Assembly (NCBI GenBank): GCA_015063895.1
Contig: SVTG01000008.1
Span: forward strand, 156-64,155
Source of the DNA: Oscillospiraceae bacterium
Lineage (GTDB): Bacteria; Bacillota; Clostridia; Oscillospirales; CAG-272
Length of the DNA: 64,000 nt
Direction: 5' to 3'
The position numbers and the translations under genes were made by a program. Shown here in pieces: positions 61,947 to 64,000 of this stretch. How positions within the stretch are numbered: position 1 is the stretch's first letter; each line of letters starts with the position of its first letter. Under the pieces are notes generated by a model. It made no database searches. It saw nothing but the letters and a program-made list of their open reading frames with translations, and was not told where the DNA came from.

Positions 61947-63095
61947 TCAGTCAGCGAATAAATGTTTCAGCTTTTGCCACAGCGTCAGGTGCGGCGTGGC
62001 TTTCGGCACGTCGGTCGACGTGACAAGCGGCAGCGTGGCGATCACGCGCCCCTCGCACCGATAGACAAGCTGCCCTACGCGTGTGCCCTGCGCCTGGCCC
62101 GCATATAAAAAGCGCGGCAATTCCAGGTGTGCCGTCACGGGGGCGTGCCCACGGGGAAGCGTGAGATAGACCTCACCCTCGGGCAGGATCGCAGCGGTTT
62201 TTTCGGTGCCACCGACTACGGGCAGGGAAAGGGGCGCCACCATCGGTGAAAAGCCCTCATAGCCGGCAAACCCCCACGAAAGGAGCCCCGTGTGGTCGTG
62301 CCAGTCGTCAGGGGCGGAAAGTGTCACCGCTACCAGTAAAAGCCCGTCGCGCTCCGCCGCGCTGACAAGACACCGCCCACTTTTTTTGGTAAAGCCCGTT
62401 TTGACGCCGCACGCACCCTCAAAGGTGTGCAGCAAGCGATTGTGATTGACAAAAAGGCGCGTCGCGTCAGTGCCGTTTTGCTTGGCGTCGTGGCGCTTGG
62501 TGGCAACGATGTCGGCAAAGGTGGGATTTTGCAGGGCCGCCGCTGTGATCAGGGCAAGCTCGCGCGCCGTGGTATAATGGGCCTCGTCATAAAGTCCGTG
62601 CGGATTTGTAAAATGCGTGTTTTGGAGCCCCAGCTCCGCGGCCCTTTGGTTCATGAGGTCGGCAAAGGCCTCAATGCTGCCCGCCACGTGTATGGCAAGG
62701 GCTGTCGCCGCGTCGTTGGCTGAGGAGAGCAGGAGTGCGTAAAGCAGATCTTTTACCGTGATCTGCTCGCCTTCGAATAAATAAACGGACGAGCCCTCTA
62801 CCCCCACCGCCTCGCGCGGTACGGTCACAGTTGCTGTGAGGTCGCCTTGCTCCAGCACGACCAGTGCTGTCATAATTTTGGTGGTGCTCGCCATCGGGCG
62901 ACGCACGTCGGCCTCCTTTTCGTGTAAAAAGCGCTCGCCGCGCACGTCAAGCAGCACCGCTGAGGCGGCGCTGAGCGCAGGAGCAGCCACGCTATGAGAG
63001 GGCGTTGCGATCTCATCGGGGGCGGCCAGCGTCACAAGGGAGCCTACTAAAAGCAAGCAAAGAGTAAGGGCAAAAAAACGCAAAAAAGCAGTCAT
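61947..63095 (-). CDS. D-alanyl-D-alanine carboxypeptidase (S11 family PBP)
   Basis: Signal peptide, SxxK (ASTTKIMT), SxN (SANDAA) and KTG (VKTGFT). Confidence 0.9.
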   Translation of the reverse strand: MTAFLRFFALTLCLLLVGSLVTLAAPDEIATPSHSVAAPALSAASAVLLDVRGERFLHEKEADVRRPMASTTKIMTALVVLEQGDLTATVTVPREAVGVEGSSVYLFEGEQITVKDLLYALLLSSANDAATALAIHVAGSIEAFADLMNQRAAELGLQNTHFTNPHGLYDEAHYTTARELALITAAALQNPTFADIVATKRHDAKQNGTDATRLFVNHNRLLHTFEGACGVKTGFTKKSGRCLVSAAERDGLLLVAVTLSAPDDWHDHTGLLSWGFAGYEGFSPMVAPLSLPVVGGTEKTAAILPEGEVYLTLPRGHAPVTAHLELPRFLYAGQAQGTRVGQLVYRCEGRVIATLPLVTSTDVPKATPHLTLWQKLKHLFAD

Positions 63096-63144
63096 AGCGC
63101 ACCTCCTATATTTGACTGTATGGAGATGCGCAAATAATTATGCC

Positions 63145-63630
63145 TTATTCCTCCATTGCCTCGCGCACGGCGTCAGCAGCCTCCTTGGCTACGCGCTCGG
63201 CCTCCTCTGCCTTTTGCTTTTTGTCACGCTTGGGGAAAACGGCCTTGATACGGGCAAGAATATCGGGCGCCTTTTCGATCAGCGCGGCGATCTTCTCAAC
63301 AGTATCGGCTTCACCGTTGCCGCCGGCTGCAAGGGGCAGCACCTCGGTGTTACCCAGTGCGTCAACGGCGATAAAGCAAACAGGCTGTACCGAAAGCCCT
63401 GTGCCGCCACCGCCCGCGAATAAGATCTTACCCTCGCTGGCCTTTTTGGCGGTGGAATCGGTGCCGCCCGAGGCGTAGCCCACCGAGATCTTGGAGATCG
63501 GGATAATGGTGGTGCCCGAGGGTGTTTCGATCGGCGTGCCGACAACCGTGTTGGCATCCACCATCGTGCGAATGCTTTCCAGTGACGTGCGGATCATTTC
63601 CTGTATTTTGTTTTGATCGTGTTCAGCCAT
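63145..63630 (-). CDS. ytfJ: sporulation protein YtfJ (GerW family)
   Basis: Start at ATG 63630 behind AAAGGAGG. VVGTPIETPSGTTIIPISKISVGYASGG...GGGGTGLSVQPVCFI. Confidence 0.88.
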   Translation of the reverse strand: MAEHDQNKIQEMIRTSLESIRTMVDANTVVGTPIETPSGTTIIPISKISVGYASGGTDSTAKKASEGKILFAGGGGTGLSVQPVCFIAVDALGNTEVLPLAAGGNGEADTVEKIAALIEKAPDILARIKAVFPKRDKKQKAEEAERVAKEAADAVREAMEE

Positions 63631-63644
63631 AAGAAGGCCTCCTT

Positions 63645-64000
63645 TCAAGCGGTTGCTTTGGAATTGGTTTGATTGGCGCGTGCCTTGGTGCGGCGCGCCC
63701 TTTTATGTGTGAATTTTGATTTCAAAAAGGTAAACAGCAGCGAGAAGAGCAGGGCAAGCGCCCCCCATACGCGCATGGCGAAGATCAGCTTGATATCGGC
63801 GCTTGATTTTTCGGCCAGATAATCTGCCGCCACGCTGATATCGTGCGGCCTCGCGCGCAAGCGTGTAACGCGCCCGAGGGCTAAGAGCAGATAAGAAAGC
63901 GAGGCGCTGACAGCACCGTAAAGAATGGCGGTGGTGGCGGCGTCACCCGTAGCCACGCGCACGTGCAGACGGGCGGCGGTCAGCCTTAAATGTCGGTGCG
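63645..64000 (-). CDS. YtfI-like (DUF2953) membrane protein, partial; the reading frame stays open to the window edge
   Basis: No stop upstream of GTG 63962 through position 64000. Lies immediately upstream of ytfJ, as in other spore formers. Confidence 0.5.
   Translation of the reverse strand, partial: HRHLRLTAARLHVRVATGDAATTAILYGAVSASLSYLLLALGRVTRLRARPHDISVAADYLAEKSSADIKLIFAMRVWGALALLFSLLFTFLKSKFTHKRARRTKARANQTNSKATA

Noticed and set aside
1-64000. CRISPR arrays, rRNA or tRNA genes, IS transposases, integrases, toxin genes, and retron or DGR reverse transcriptases.
   Set aside because: I found no regularly spaced short repeats, no intact cloverleaf, and no ORF with transposase, integrase, reverse transcriptase or toxin motifs on either strand. 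The only repeats are the three recombination footprints and the inverted-repeat element reported above.

Overview
The window looks like chromosomal DNA from a moderately GC-rich, spore-forming Firmicute. I infer class Clostridia, probably Oscillospiraceae-like, from spo0A, an alpha/beta SASP, ytfJ and sleB-type genes plus composition. No database search was possible, so every product call rests on motifs and gene order read from the translations.

Layout:
- 1-12.7 kb: the distal S10-spc-alpha ribosomal superoperon, rpsS through rplQ, with secY, adk, map, infA and rpoA. The sub-60-aa genes rpmD and rpmJ were found by hand.
- 12.8-23.2 kb: an AraC-controlled pair of unusual hydrolases, a cysteine desulfurase with a DUF3343 partner, a DUF1538 membrane protein with two PII-like proteins, and a GH78-like enzyme.
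- 23.2-30.4 kb: a long hairpin-rich noncoding stretch, a SASP gene, a Zn-dehydrogenase, an HTH-GHKL-STAS fusion protein, a ferritin-like protein, typA and a PHP hydrolase.
- 30.4-34.2 kb: glpP plus a three-gene glycerol-3-phosphate oxidoreductase operon behind a leader terminator.
- 34.3-44.9 kb: a GH78 rhamnosidase, esterases, a split transketolase, SDR and Gfo/Idh/MocA oxidoreductases, and a second AraC regulator.
- 44.8-46.9 kb: a tandem segmental duplication. It holds two SGNH-hydrolase paralogs and truncated copies of the flanking araC-type and ABC-F genes.
- 46.7-51.1 kb: ABC-F, ylxM, ffh, rpsP and a KH-domain gene.
- 51.1-51.7 kb: an AT-rich two-repressor cassette (AbrB-like and RHH) bracketed by 40-bp perfect direct repeats.
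- 51.7-59.4 kb: PHP phosphatases, an MFS transporter, a large orphan enzyme, a CpsB-like phosphatase and a SleB-type hydrolase.
- 59.4-60.2 kb: a 280-bp element with 27-bp terminal inverted repeats and a nested three-way fold, an XRE-family gene, and a displaced remnant of the spo0A 3' end.
- 60.2-64.0 kb: spo0A, rluB, a D-Ala-D-Ala carboxypeptidase, ytfJ and a partial ytfI-like gene.

I found no rRNA, intact tRNA, CRISPR array, transposase or integrase gene. The most interesting signals are three recombination footprints (44.8-46.9 kb, 51.1-51.7 kb, 60.0-60.3 kb), the structured inverted-repeat element at 59.47-59.75 kb, and the fused HTH-GHKL-STAS protein.
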